In this document: positions 1-9,218 of the stretch, in pieces
Layout: every line of letters begins with the position of its first letter
How positions within the stretch are numbered: the stretch's first letter is position 1
NCBI GenBank assembly: GCA_964499705.1
Contig: CAZCME010000007.1
Location: 124,001 to 188,000 of the forward strand
DNA: 64,000 nt
DNA from: an uncultured bacterium
Lineage (GTDB): Bacteria; UBA8481
Direction: 5' to 3'
Made by a program: the position numbers and the translations under genes
Notes under the pieces: generated by a model
What the model was told of the DNA's origin: nothing
The model's input: only the letters and a program-made list of their open reading frames with translations
Database searches by the model: none

Positions 1-1198
1 AATACGTGAAGAGCCCGGGATCGGTGTTGACGCGGTTCATGCCGGGAGAGGCAAGGAGAGCGATTCCGATGAGTCCCGCCCCGAGGATCATATGCGGCTT
101 CGCCAGCCAGCCTCCGACTCGATCGACGAATACCGGTTCCGCCGAGTTCTTCTTCACCGACACCACGACCGGCGCGATCCTTCCCCTGTGAAGAAAAGAT
201 GGAAAGACAAGATACGCGCTTAAAAGGGCCATTACGGCCCCTACCGCCCCGGACCCACCGAGCTCCTTCAGCGGCCTGGCGTCGAGCAGGAGGAGGCTGA
301 GGAAACCGGCCATCGTCGTCATCATCTCCCAGGAGGACGCGGCCCAGTTCACGCCGATCGATTCGCGTATCGCATCGCGGCGCGGCGTGCCCGGCGGGGA
401 GAGTCCGAGATCGTGCGCGATATAGACGGTATGCTGGAGCGTCATGATGAAGACGAGGGTGATGAGATTGGCGGAGAGAATGCCGATCCTGATCCCGCCC
501 AGGTGCAGGATCCCGAGCGTCGCGGCGCAGGCGAAAAAGCACGCCGTGATCGTGCCCGCGAGTACGGGAACCGAGCGAAACATGACGAAAATCATGATGC
601 CGAAGATGACGACCGCCGCGGAGCTGAAGACGATGAGGTCCTCCTTCAGATTCCTGCGGATGAGCTCCACGAGATAAGGCACGCCGGAGATCGCGACCTG
701 AAAGGATTCGTCCTGATGTTTCGCCGCGACGCTCTCGATCGCGGAGATGACGCGCGTTCTCGTATCATGCCCGTCCATCACCCAGCCGGAGAGGAACATG
801 ATGACGAGCGTGGAGCGCTTGTCCTCGCCCACAAGGCATCGGCTCCAGAACGGCCCGGCGAAACCCTCGGAGACGCTCGCCGGACCGGACGTCATGCTGT
901 AGACCTTATCCGCGCCCTCCACGCGATCGAGGTCCCGCGTCAGGCTCCCGATCTTCCGGTAGTACGCGCTCGAATGAATATCGCCAGCCGCGCTGACGAT
1001 CACCTGCGGCCTCTGGGGAAAGATCTTCACAATCTTCCGATCGCTTTTCAGGGCCGGATCTTCCCTGTCGAAGAAGAAATTTTCGTCGACGGCGGGAACG
1101 AGCTCCACGAATGCCACGACGCAGACCACCATCGCGATCGTTACCGCGATAAAGGGTCCCCTGAGTAAGGGGTGCCCTGCGATGATATTCGAGAACAT
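1..1198 (-). CDS. MMPL/RND-family membrane transporter (runs off the window start, 3' end missing)
   Basis: Not in the ORF track because it has no stop in the window. My translation from the ATG at 1198 gives MFSNIIAGHPLLRGPFIAVTIAMVVCVVAFVELVPAVDENFFFDREDP...VAISGVPYLVELIRRNLKEDLIVFSSAAVVIFGIMIFVMFRS...MMTTMAGFLSLLLLDARPLKELG. This is the TM1, periplasmic loop, TM-bundle pattern of MMPL proteins. Confidence 0.8.
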   Translation of the reverse strand, partial: MFSNIIAGHPLLRGPFIAVTIAMVVCVVAFVELVPAVDENFFFDREDPALKSDRKIVKIFPQRPQVIVSAAGDIHSSAYYRKIGSLTRDLDRVEGADKVYSMTSGPASVSEGFAGPFWSRCLVGEDKRSTLVIMFLSGWVMDGHDTRTRVISAIESVAAKHQDESFQVAISGVPYLVELIRRNLKEDLIVFSSAAVVIFGIMIFVMFRSVPVLAGTITACFFACAATLGILHLGGIRIGILSANLITLVFIMTLQHTVYIAHDLGLSPPGTPRRDAIRESIGVNWAASSWEMMTTMAGFLSLLLLDARPLKELGGSGAVGAVMALLSAYLVFPSFLHRGRIAPVVVSVKKNSAEPVFVDRVGGWLAKPHMILGAGLIGIALLASPGMNRVNTDPGLFTY

Positions 1199-1435
1199 GC
1201 GCTCGCCTCTGATGAAGAGAGGAGCAAGAAGCAGGCCGTGAGGAGAAGCGGGTCGCGGCGCGAAGATTCAAGAGCGCACAGGATTGATTCAGGGGGAACG
1301 GATTCGGTTCGCCTGATTCCGAAGCGGCACTTCAGCCTGAGGACGTCACGCAGGATTGTTCATCAGCCATTGTTCGTTCGCCATTCTTCATTATTTAATC
1401 ATGATGGGCGAACGAACGATGGCTGATCAGCCATC

Positions 1436-3004
1436 TCAGTGATTCGTCATGTCCTTGAGATTCTTCGCGAACATCTCCGCAAGTTCCCGCGCCTTCGCAT
1501 CGTACGCGACCGGATCGGGCCAGGAGGCGCGCGGGTTCAGCAATTCCGATGGAACGCCCGGGCAGGATTGCGGAACGCGCAGGCCGAAGATCGGGTCCTG
1601 GCTCGTCGCGACGGATGCGAGCCGGCCGGAGAGCGCCGCACTGATGATCGCGCGCGTGTGGTTCAGGTTGATTCTCTTGCCGACTCCGTAAGGGCCGCCC
1701 TGCCAGCCGGTATTGATGAGCCACACTCGGGAATGGTGGCGCGCGATTTTGTCGCCGAGAAGCTTCGCGTACACCGCGGGACGATGAACGAGAAAAGGCC
1801 CGCCGAAACAGGGACTGAAAACGGCCTTCGGCTCCGTCACTCCCGATTCGGTGCCCGCGACGCGCGCCGTATAGCCGGAGAGAAAATGATCCTGGGCCTG
1901 TTCCGGAGAGAGCGCGGCGATGGGCGGGAGGACGCCGAACGCGTCGCACGTCAGCATCACGATGTGCTCGGGGTGCCGGGCGCAGCCCGTCACGGAGGAA
2001 TGCGGGATGAACTCGACCGGATACGAGGCGCGCGTGTTCTCGGTGAGCGCGGAGGATGTGAGATCGAGTTCGCGCGTCCGCGGATCCATGACGACGTTCT
2101 CCATGATCGTCCCGAAGCGCGTCGTCGCGTTGAAGATCTGCGGCTCACCCTTCTGCGACAGGTTGATCACCTTCGCGTAGCATCCCCCTTCGATGTTGAA
2201 GATTCCATCCGGACCCCAACCGTGCTCGTCGTCACCTACGAGAATCCGCGACTCGTCGGCGGAAAGCGTCGTCTTGCCCGTGCCGGAAAGGCCGAAGAAG
2301 AGCGCCACGTTGCCGCCGTCGTGCGCCGTATTGGCGGAACAATGCATGGAGAGAATATCCTCGCGCGGAAGAAGATAGTTCATCACGGTAAAGACCGACT
2401 TCTTGATCTCGCCCGCGTAGGAAGTGCCGCCGATCAACGCCAGCCGTTCCTTCAAGTTGATGACGATGAAGACGTCCGACCGCGTTCCGTCGCGCTCGGG
2501 AAGAGCTCGGAACGAAGGCGCATGCACGATCGTGAAATCAGGCCGATGATCCTGCGAATCGAGGGGATCGACGGGCAGGAACATGTTCTCCGCGAAGAGA
2601 CTGTGCCACGCGGTCAGGGTGATGACCCGAAGCGCCAGGCGATGCCCCGCATCGGCTCCCGCGGAACAATCCCTGATGAAAAGTTCCTGGTCCCGGAGAT
2701 GCTCGAATACCCGCCGCTTCAACGCCGAGTACCGCTCCTCGTCCAGGGATTTCGCTCCATCGTTCCACCAGATTTCGTCCTGCGATGATGACTCGCGGAC
2801 GAAATACTTGTCCTTCGCGGCCCGCCCCGTATGCGCGCCGGTTGTGACAATCAGAGACCCGTACCGGCTCAGCATTCCTTCGTTCCGCCGGATGGCCTCC
2901 TCGCAGAGTTCCGGCGGCGTCAGGTTCCAGTGCAGATCCGCGCGCGCTTCCAGTCCGAACGAGCGCAAATCTTCAAGGAGCTGTTTTCTGGACGAATCGG
3001 ACAT
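1436..3004 (-). CDS. pckA: Phosphoenolpyruvate carboxykinase (ATP)
   Basis: Motifs TGAHTGRAAKDK, YAGEIKKSVF, MHCSAN, FFGLSGTGKTTLS (P-loop), GDDEHGW, NIEGGCYAK and ENTRASYP. Confidence 0.98.
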   Translation of the reverse strand: MSDSSRKQLLEDLRSFGLEARADLHWNLTPPELCEEAIRRNEGMLSRYGSLIVTTGAHTGRAAKDKYFVRESSSQDEIWWNDGAKSLDEERYSALKRRVFEHLRDQELFIRDCSAGADAGHRLALRVITLTAWHSLFAENMFLPVDPLDSQDHRPDFTIVHAPSFRALPERDGTRSDVFIVINLKERLALIGGTSYAGEIKKSVFTVMNYLLPREDILSMHCSANTAHDGGNVALFFGLSGTGKTTLSADESRILVGDDEHGWGPDGIFNIEGGCYAKVINLSQKGEPQIFNATTRFGTIMENVVMDPRTRELDLTSSALTENTRASYPVEFIPHSSVTGCARHPEHIVMLTCDAFGVLPPIAALSPEQAQDHFLSGYTARVAGTESGVTEPKAVFSPCFGGPFLVHRPAVYAKLLGDKIARHHSRVWLINTGWQGGPYGVGKRINLNHTRAIISAALSGRLASVATSQDPIFGLRVPQSCPGVPSELLNPRASWPDPVAYDAKARELAEMFAKNLKDMTNH

Positions 3005-3103
3005 GACCGGGAGTATAAGGCGAGGCGGGGAGCGGCTTCATCCGAAATCGTCCGGAATAAAATCAAGGGTGCAGGAGCGGTGCATTCCGAATAGGATCTC
3101 CGC

Positions 3104-5260
3104 GTGAAGAACGCGGGCAGATCGCTTCAGTTCATCCTCGTGGCCGTATTCATCGCCGAGATCACATCCGCCTGCGGTCAGGCTTCCGCGCCCGGCGAAA
3201 CTCCTGTTGCTCCCCTGACGCCCATCACGGGCAAGCATGAGATCGAGATGCGCGGGAAGCGCCTCTATCTCGATGGAAAACCTTTTTACGTCCGCGGCGT
3301 CGGATACGAACCCGGATGCCGGCCGGGACGGCTTCCGTGGAAGCGCGAGTTCGAGCCGGAACTTCTGCGGTGGGATTTCGAGCAGATCCGGAAAGCGGGC
3401 TTCAACACGCTCCGCACCTGGAGCCCGATGACGGATTCGGAACTCGCTCTCGCGGCCGACCATGGGCTCTGGGTCGTCCAGGGAATCTGGACGGACTGGA
3501 ACCGGTTCTGGACCGATTCGGCCTACCATCACGCGGGGATCGAGAACGTCCGGAATGAAGTGGCGCGCTCCTCGAAACATCCCAACATCCTCTTCTACCT
3601 CGTCATGAACGAACCTTCCTCCGAACTGCTCGTGAAGCTCGATCCCGATCTCGTGCGAAAGGGATTTATCGAGCTGAAGGACGCGGTGCACAGCGCGAAT
3701 TCTGCTGCGCTCGCGTCGTTCTCCAATTGCCCGCTCACGGATTTTCTCGACGGAGATCTCTTCGATCTGCTCTGCTCGAATAATTATCCCTACGGTCCCG
3801 AACCTCTCCATTACGCGCTCGGATACGACGGCTACACGGACTGGATCGTTCGCCGCGCGGACGGGCGCCCCTACTTCACGACCGAGTTCGGCCTTTCCGT
3901 TTCGCCGGAAGGACCGGGCCAGTGGGGATATGGCGGGAACTCTCCGGAGGAACAAGCCGACGGTGTCTCGACGATGTACCGCACGATCGCCTCCTCCGGA
4001 GCGGCCGGCGCGTTTCCCTTCATGTGGGTCGACGGCTGGTGGAAATCTCCGACGGCCGGGCCCGGCAATGAATCACGGCATGATTCGCATGCGGAAGAAT
4101 GGTTCGGCTTCATCGATGTCTCGCCGGAGAATCTCCGCGGCACAGCGCGGCCCGTCGTGGCGGCGCTCGCGGAAGCCAATCGCCTCCTCGTGCTCTCGCC
4201 CGCGCCCGGCGATGTGGTCCATGAACGAATCGCGGCGCGCGCGGTCTCCACGTCCGGACAACCCGAGGCGCGCGTCGGTTCGGGAGAATGGATCAAGCTG
4301 GAGCCAGCCGGTCACGAGGAATGGGCCGGTGAATTGCCCGCGCCGGCAAGCGGACCGGCCGCCGTGGAATTCCGCGCCGGATCGGCGATACGCTCGGTGC
4401 CCGTCACCGCCGGTCCGCAGCCCGGGCCGCCGGGACGCCTGACGCTCGCCGTCGATTCACCCGTACTGGTGGAAGGCGGAATCATCCGCGTGGCAGGCAG
4501 GCTGGAAGATTTCACCGGCGCAACCGCCGCGAACCGCACCGTGTATCTCTGCCTGAGGGACTACCGGTCGGGCGGAGATCGGATGCGGGAGATCGTGACG
4601 GATTCAGCGGGCCAGTTTCAACTGACCCTCGGCACGATGGGTGCTCATGGCATCATGGGAATCGCCGCCGGAGCCGAGATAACCCTCGGTGGACTCAAGC
4701 GTCGCATCGGAGACCAGGTCTTCATCCGGATTCATCCGAATCCCCTGCCGGAAAAGCTCCTGACCGGCCGACAGAGAATTGCGATCGCCGCTTTCGAACT
4801 CGCTTCCGCGAAGATCGCCCAGGAGAAATTCCAGGAAAATTATACGGGCGACGCCACGATCGAGGCCGATGTCGCGCGAGGATCGCTCCTGCTGAAATAC
4901 CAGCCGAAGGGCGGCGGTTCCTGGATCTACATCGCCCGCATGCTCGATAAAGTTGTGGACCTTTCCACCGCTTCATTTCTCTCCTTCGAACTTTCATCCA
5001 ATGCGTCCGGCACGCCGGTGAAGGTGATGCTGAAGGATGCCGACGGGGAGCGATGGTTCCAGGGCGCCGCGGAATCCGTGAAGGGAAAATCGAGGCAGGT
5101 TGTCTGGGATCTCCACAGCGACATGATGCGCGATCCCTATGATGGAGCGAAAAGCGGAAACGGCCGCTTCGATCCGGACCGCATCGCGGGAGTCTCCATC
5201 GTGATGACCGGGCCGACCGCCGCGGACGTCCGGCTATCCCGAATGAGCTCCTGGAAATAG
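3104..5260 (+). CDS. Secreted (possibly lipoprotein) glycoside hydrolase with a clan GH-A/GH2-like TIM barrel, an Ig-like region and a C-terminal CBM11-like domain
   Basis: Signal peptide ending ITSAC; LDGKPFYVRGVGY; AGFNTLRTW; acid/base NEP and nucleophile TEFG; WVDGWWK and EEWFG; C-terminal DLS...LSFEL...VKVMLKDADGERW...FDPDRI. Confidence 0.75.
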   Translation: MKNAGRSLQFILVAVFIAEITSACGQASAPGETPVAPLTPITGKHEIEMRGKRLYLDGKPFYVRGVGYEPGCRPGRLPWKREFEPELLRWDFEQIRKAGFNTLRTWSPMTDSELALAADHGLWVVQGIWTDWNRFWTDSAYHHAGIENVRNEVARSSKHPNILFYLVMNEPSSELLVKLDPDLVRKGFIELKDAVHSANSAALASFSNCPLTDFLDGDLFDLLCSNNYPYGPEPLHYALGYDGYTDWIVRRADGRPYFTTEFGLSVSPEGPGQWGYGGNSPEEQADGVSTMYRTIASSGAAGAFPFMWVDGWWKSPTAGPGNESRHDSHAEEWFGFIDVSPENLRGTARPVVAALAEANRLLVLSPAPGDVVHERIAARAVSTSGQPEARVGSGEWIKLEPAGHEEWAGELPAPASGPAAVEFRAGSAIRSVPVTAGPQPGPPGRLTLAVDSPVLVEGGIIRVAGRLEDFTGATAANRTVYLCLRDYRSGGDRMREIVTDSAGQFQLTLGTMGAHGIMGIAAGAEITLGGLKRRIGDQVFIRIHPNPLPEKLLTGRQRIAIAAFELASAKIAQEKFQENYTGDATIEADVARGSLLLKYQPKGGGSWIYIARMLDKVVDLSTASFLSFELSSNASGTPVKVMLKDADGERWFQGAAESVKGKSRQVVWDLHSDMMRDPYDGAKSGNGRFDPDRIAGVSIVMTGPTAADVRLSRMSSWK

Positions 5261-5269
5261 TTTTCGAGC

Positions 5270-6052
5270 TTGGTCACGCGGATTCACACCGTCATCCTCA
5301 CCCGGAACGAAGCGCATAACATCGCGCGCGCCGTCGCGTCGGCGCGCCCGCTCGGCGACGTCACGGTGATCGACAGCGAATCCGGCGACGAGACCGTCGC
5401 CGTGGCCCGGAATGCCGGCGCGGCGATCATTGTCCATCCCTGGCCGGGTTTCGCGGCGCAGCGGAAGTATGCGCTGGAGACGATCGCGGCGGAGTGGATT
5501 CTGTTCCTGGACGCGGACGAGGAGATCACGCCGGAACTCGCTTTGGAAATCTCCTCCATCCCGTTCGACGCGAACGGTTATTTCATCCGGCGGCGAAGCC
5601 TCTTTCTCGGCGGCTGGATGCGGCACGGGTCATGGGGCCGCGACCGCGTGATGCGCCTGTTCAAGCGCTCCATGGCCCATATCGAAGACAGGCCGGTGCA
5701 CGAGGAAGTCACCGTGACCGGAACGACGAAAACCCTGAACGCATGGATGCTCCATTATTCTCAGGGCGATTTCGCGGAGGTGGGGCGCAAGTTCACGATG
5801 TATGTGCCGCTCATGGCGGAGGAGATCTCGGGCAGGCGCGATGCGATCGGCGGAGCGGAAATCGCGGGGCGCGGCCTGTCCTCCTTCGCCCGGGATTATA
5901 TCCTCCGCCGCGGTTTCCTCGACGGTTGGCGCGGATTCGTGCTCGCCTTCTGGGGCATGGCCAGCGTCGTGGCGAAGTATGCGGAAGCGCGCCGGATCCT
6001 CGAAACCCCGGAGCGCGAAAAAAAGAGCGCGAACCGGCCTCCGACCATATAA
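5270..6052 (+). CDS. Glycosyltransferase family 2 (KdtX/LgtF-like)
   Basis: Motifs ILTRNEAHNI, VIDSESGDET, GFAAQR, WILFLDADE, VHEEV and RRGFLDGWRG. Confidence 0.9.
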   Translation: MVTRIHTVILTRNEAHNIARAVASARPLGDVTVIDSESGDETVAVARNAGAAIIVHPWPGFAAQRKYALETIAAEWILFLDADEEITPELALEISSIPFDANGYFIRRRSLFLGGWMRHGSWGRDRVMRLFKRSMAHIEDRPVHEEVTVTGTTKTLNAWMLHYSQGDFAEVGRKFTMYVPLMAEEISGRRDAIGGAEIAGRGLSSFARDYILRRGFLDGWRGFVLAFWGMASVVAKYAEARRILETPEREKKSANRPPTI

Positions 6053-6065
6053 ACTGACCCGCTCA

Positions 6066-6656
6066 ATGGTGCATGGCGTTTCCATAGACTTGATGGTGGT
6101 GGGGCTCTTCATTTTCTGCTGGAGCATCATCATCATGGTGGTCGGTTTCTTCCTCATTCTCGTCTGGGGCCGTCCCGCCGCGACAGCCCGCCCCGCCGCG
6201 AAATTGACGCCGCTCGAAGAAGTCCAGCATGGCCTGACCCGCATGGTGGAGGACGCCGACTGGCTGGAGGGAGACCGCCTGAACGCGGCCGTCAAGGCGG
6301 TGGCCTCCGCGCGCGAAGCCATCGACAACGCCGCCCGCCTCTGCGGCCGTTCGACCAATGTCCAGTTCCAGGTGCCTCCGTCGCTCTCCCGCGTCATCGA
6401 CGAGACGGTCGAGACCATCACGGGGAGCTCCAGCGTGATCGCGTTCGAGTGCGAGGAATGCGGCCAGAAGATAACGGCCCTGCTGCAATTCCCCAAGGTG
6501 GGAGGCCGCCCCGAAACGACCGACCCGCTCGCCATCTCCGCAAGAAGCGACTGGCGCGAGAGCGGCTTCACCGTTTCCTCAGCATGCAAAAGATGCCAGA
6601 AGCTCGTGAAGAAGAAGTTCCTCTACGAGACGCAGGGCGGCAGGAACAAATCCTGA
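6066..6656 (+). CDS. Hypothetical membrane-anchored protein with two CxxC pairs (zinc-ribbon-like)
   Basis: N-terminal hydrophobic helix, a helical region, then CEEC and CKRC. Start trimmed from ORF 5802..6656; 6093 is an alternative start. Confidence 0.6.
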   Translation: MVHGVSIDLMVVGLFIFCWSIIIMVVGFFLILVWGRPAATARPAAKLTPLEEVQHGLTRMVEDADWLEGDRLNAAVKAVASAREAIDNAARLCGRSTNVQFQVPPSLSRVIDETVETITGSSSVIAFECEECGQKITALLQFPKVGGRPETTDPLAISARSDWRESGFTVSSACKRCQKLVKKKFLYETQGGRNKS

Positions 6657-6664
6657 ATCCTTAA

Positions 6665-7477
6665 CTAAATCCTAAAATCTTCCTGCGCCGTGATCAGATG
6701 ATTTTCCACGGCGCGCTTCAGGAACTCCCGCACCCCCGCCAGTCCCCTCGGACCGAGGTCCAGCGTGAAGTCGTTGACGTACATACGGACGAATTTCTCG
6801 GCCGCATTTTCATCCAGGCCCCTGCCGTACTTCATGGCATGTCGGACCGATTCTCCGGAATGCTCGAACGCCCATGCGATGGAACGGCGGAGAATCTCCG
6901 TCACTTCATCCTTCCCTTTTAGATCCTTCAGGATCACGTTGACGCCGAGAGGCGCGGGAAGCCCGGTCTCCGCAAGCCACCATCGGCCGAGGTCCTCCAC
7001 GAGCGTCAGTCCCTGGGCGGCGTATGTCAGTTGCCCTTCATGAATGAGGAGCCCGTAATCGTACTTGCCTTCGAGGACCAGCGCGGGAATGCGATCGAAT
7101 TCCTCGACGGCGGTCCGGACATCCGCTCCGAATCGGAGCTTCAGGTAGAGAACGGCGGAAGTCCGATCGCCGGGTATGGCAACGAGAGAGCCCGCCTTCC
7201 AGGGCGCGCCTCGCGCAACGACAATCGGGCCGTAGCCATCTCCCACGGAAGCGCCGACAGGCATCAGCTCGTAGCGATCCGCAATGTAGGGATACTGGTG
7301 GAGCGAAACGGCCGTCACAGGGAATTCCGCCTTTTCCGCGCGACGGTTGAGGCTCTCTATGCCCTCCAGGTGATCCTGGAATTGAAAGTCACCCGTATCG
7401 ATGAGGCCATGCGTCATGGCGTAGAACATGAACGCGTCGTCGGGATCGGGACTGTGGCCGATGGTGATCCGCGTCAG
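6665..7477 (-). CDS. mqnD: 1,4-dihydroxy-6-naphthoate synthase (futalosine menaquinone pathway), probable CTG start
   Basis: The conserved N-terminal ITIGHSPDPDDAFMFYA begins upstream of the first ATG (7429). Also GASVGDGYGPIVV, GLLIHEGQLTY, DLGRWW, LPAPLG and MYVNDFTLDLG. Confidence 0.92.
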   Translation of the reverse strand: MTRITIGHSPDPDDAFMFYAMTHGLIDTGDFQFQDHLEGIESLNRRAEKAEFPVTAVSLHQYPYIADRYELMPVGASVGDGYGPIVVARGAPWKAGSLVAIPGDRTSAVLYLKLRFGADVRTAVEEFDRIPALVLEGKYDYGLLIHEGQLTYAAQGLTLVEDLGRWWLAETGLPAPLGVNVILKDLKGKDEVTEILRRSIAWAFEHSGESVRHAMKYGRGLDENAAEKFVRMYVNDFTLDLGPRGLAGVREFLKRAVENHLITAQEDFRI

Positions 7478-8313
7478 GCCGCTGTCTCCTGCTTGCGCAA
7501 TGAATCCAGGGATGACAGGTCGCGAAATCCCGCAATGACGCCGATCGTTTTTCGCGCGACTGTGAGCGGCGAGACTGTCAATCCCCAGAGAACGCCGTTA
7601 CGGCTGGCGGCGTCGACACGGTGCTGGGCGATTCCGGATCGCAGGCACTCGCCGACGGGATCGAAGGACATGAATCCGAACGATTCTCCGTAAGGCCGGC
7701 CGATGATGTCGGCTCCGAGCGTCTGCAGCGCGGCCTCGTTGGCCTTCACGATCACGCCGCGCGTATCGACATTGATGATCGGAGAGACCATCGAATGGAA
7801 GATCGCTTCCGCGTAATCCCGCTCCGCCTCGATCTTCTGCGCCTGGATGATCCTCCCCAGCGCCGAACCCGCCGCGCGACCGAGAACGCGGAGAATATCC
7901 GAGTCGTCATCGCCCAGGGTCGGCCTGTCGTACTGGAGCACCGCGAAGGCGACAAGATCTCCGCCATACACGAACGGCACGGCGATCCGGATGGAATTCT
8001 CCACGCCGGCGGGGGCGGGCAACACCTTCAGCCGGACCTTATGCCTCATCTCCTCGATATGCTCGGCCGTCATCGATCCGGCCATCGCCTGTTCCTCCGC
8101 AGAATCGATGCCGCGGCGCGCCAGCGTCACGGCGGGCGAACCCAGCGAAAGTACAAGCGCGGTGCGGAAATTGAGGAAATGATGCGCCACATTGAGGAAA
8201 AAAGCGCCGGTATCCTCCGGAGCAATCAGCTGATTGAAGGCCTCCGCGAATATGGTCGCCTCGTTGAGCCGCGCATAGGCGTCATCCCGGCGCGCTGGAA
8301 GACTGTCTGACAT
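7474..8313 (-). CDS. GAF + PAS sensor-domain protein with no output domain
   Basis: GAF-like IAVPFVYGGDLVAFAVL...DDDSDILRVLGRAAGSAL, then PAS-like IFHSM..PIINVDTRGVIVKANEAALQTLG, ending soon after GFRDLS. Confidence 0.7.
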   Translation of the reverse strand: MSDSLPARRDDAYARLNEATIFAEAFNQLIAPEDTGAFFLNVAHHFLNFRTALVLSLGSPAVTLARRGIDSAEEQAMAGSMTAEHIEEMRHKVRLKVLPAPAGVENSIRIAVPFVYGGDLVAFAVLQYDRPTLGDDDSDILRVLGRAAGSALGRIIQAQKIEAERDYAEAIFHSMVSPIINVDTRGVIVKANEAALQTLGADIIGRPYGESFGFMSFDPVGECLRSGIAQHRVDAASRNGVLWGLTVSPLTVARKTIGVIAGFRDLSSLDSLRKQETAA

Positions 8314-8417
8314 GCCGGGATTATAGGAGGAAGAAGATACTCTGAGTAATGAAATCCATTGGAAATCCTAAATCCGAAAGTCATCCTGCGGAGGACTATG
8401 TTGGGATTTGGGATGTA

Positions 8418-9218
8418 TCAGCGTCTCGTCACTCCTCGGCCGCCCGGCCGGATCGGAGGAAGGCCTCTCCGCGTGTAGGGACAGATCGTGACGCAATCGT
8501 CGCATCCGAAATCCCACGGTCCTGTCATCGCTTTTTCCTCTTCGGTCATCGTGCGCTTCAGCTCGATCGTCAGGTAGCTGATGCACTTACGCGCGTCGAG
8601 CCCCTTCTCGTCGAGCGCGCTGGTGGGGCAGATATCGAGGCACCGGGTGCAGCGGCCGCAGGTGCCGGTGCCGGATTCGTCAGGTTCCAGTTCCATGTCC
8701 GTGAATATTTCCGCGAGATACATATTCGGGCCATGCGTGCGGGAAATAAGCATCGTGTTGCGGCCGATGAATCCGATGCCGGCTTCCCGGGCCCAGGCAC
8801 GTTCGAGAATCGCGCTCGTGTCGACAAAGCGTTTTGCCCGGCCGCCGCGGTCGCGGATGAATTGCGCAATGGAATCGAGCCTGGACTTCAAGTCCCGGTG
8901 ATAGTCGCCGCCCTCGGCATAGGCGGCATATCTGCGTTCAACCTGATTCCACTCCAACGGCGCATAAGCCCTGGCAAAGACAATAACGCTCTTGACCCAA
9001 CTCGTCGGTTCGGCTCGCCGGCGCGGATCCCTCGCCAGCCACTCCATCTCGCCATGGCGGTCGTCCGCGAGCCATTCCTCCAGGCGACGGAGGTCATCGT
9101 CCAGTAGTCGCGCGGCGGCAAATCCCACATCGTCGAATCCGGCGGCAAGCGCCCTCGCGATGATCTCCTCCTTCAATGCGCTCGTCGCGCCGACCGCGCG
9201 GAACCGGGGAGGCTTCAC
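8418..9218 (-). CDS. queG: tRNA epoxyqueuosine(34) reductase
   Basis: Motifs GDYH, FVDTSAILERAWAREAGIGFIGRN, CGRCTRCLDICPT, DARKCISYLTIE and GCDDCVTICP. Confidence 0.93.
   Translation of the reverse strand: MKPPRFRAVGATSALKEEIIARALAAGFDDVGFAAARLLDDDLRRLEEWLADDRHGEMEWLARDPRRRAEPTSWVKSVIVFARAYAPLEWNQVERRYAAYAEGGDYHRDLKSRLDSIAQFIRDRGGRAKRFVDTSAILERAWAREAGIGFIGRNTMLISRTHGPNMYLAEIFTDMELEPDESGTGTCGRCTRCLDICPTSALDEKGLDARKCISYLTIELKRTMTEEEKAMTGPWDFGCDDCVTICPYTRRGLPPIRPGGRGVTRR

Noticed and set aside
1000-1030. Possible frameshift in the MMPL gene near ggggaaag
   Set aside because: Re-reading the minus strand gives ATC TTT CCC CAG AGG CCG CAG GTG, so the frame is continuous.
413-1168. Plus-strand 251-aa ORF, and many similar long ORFs such as 1439..2788, 29053..30765 and 56221..57879
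   Set aside because: These are antisense shadows of real genes, typical of high-GC DNA. They are Arg/Asp/His-rich and lack recognisable motifs.
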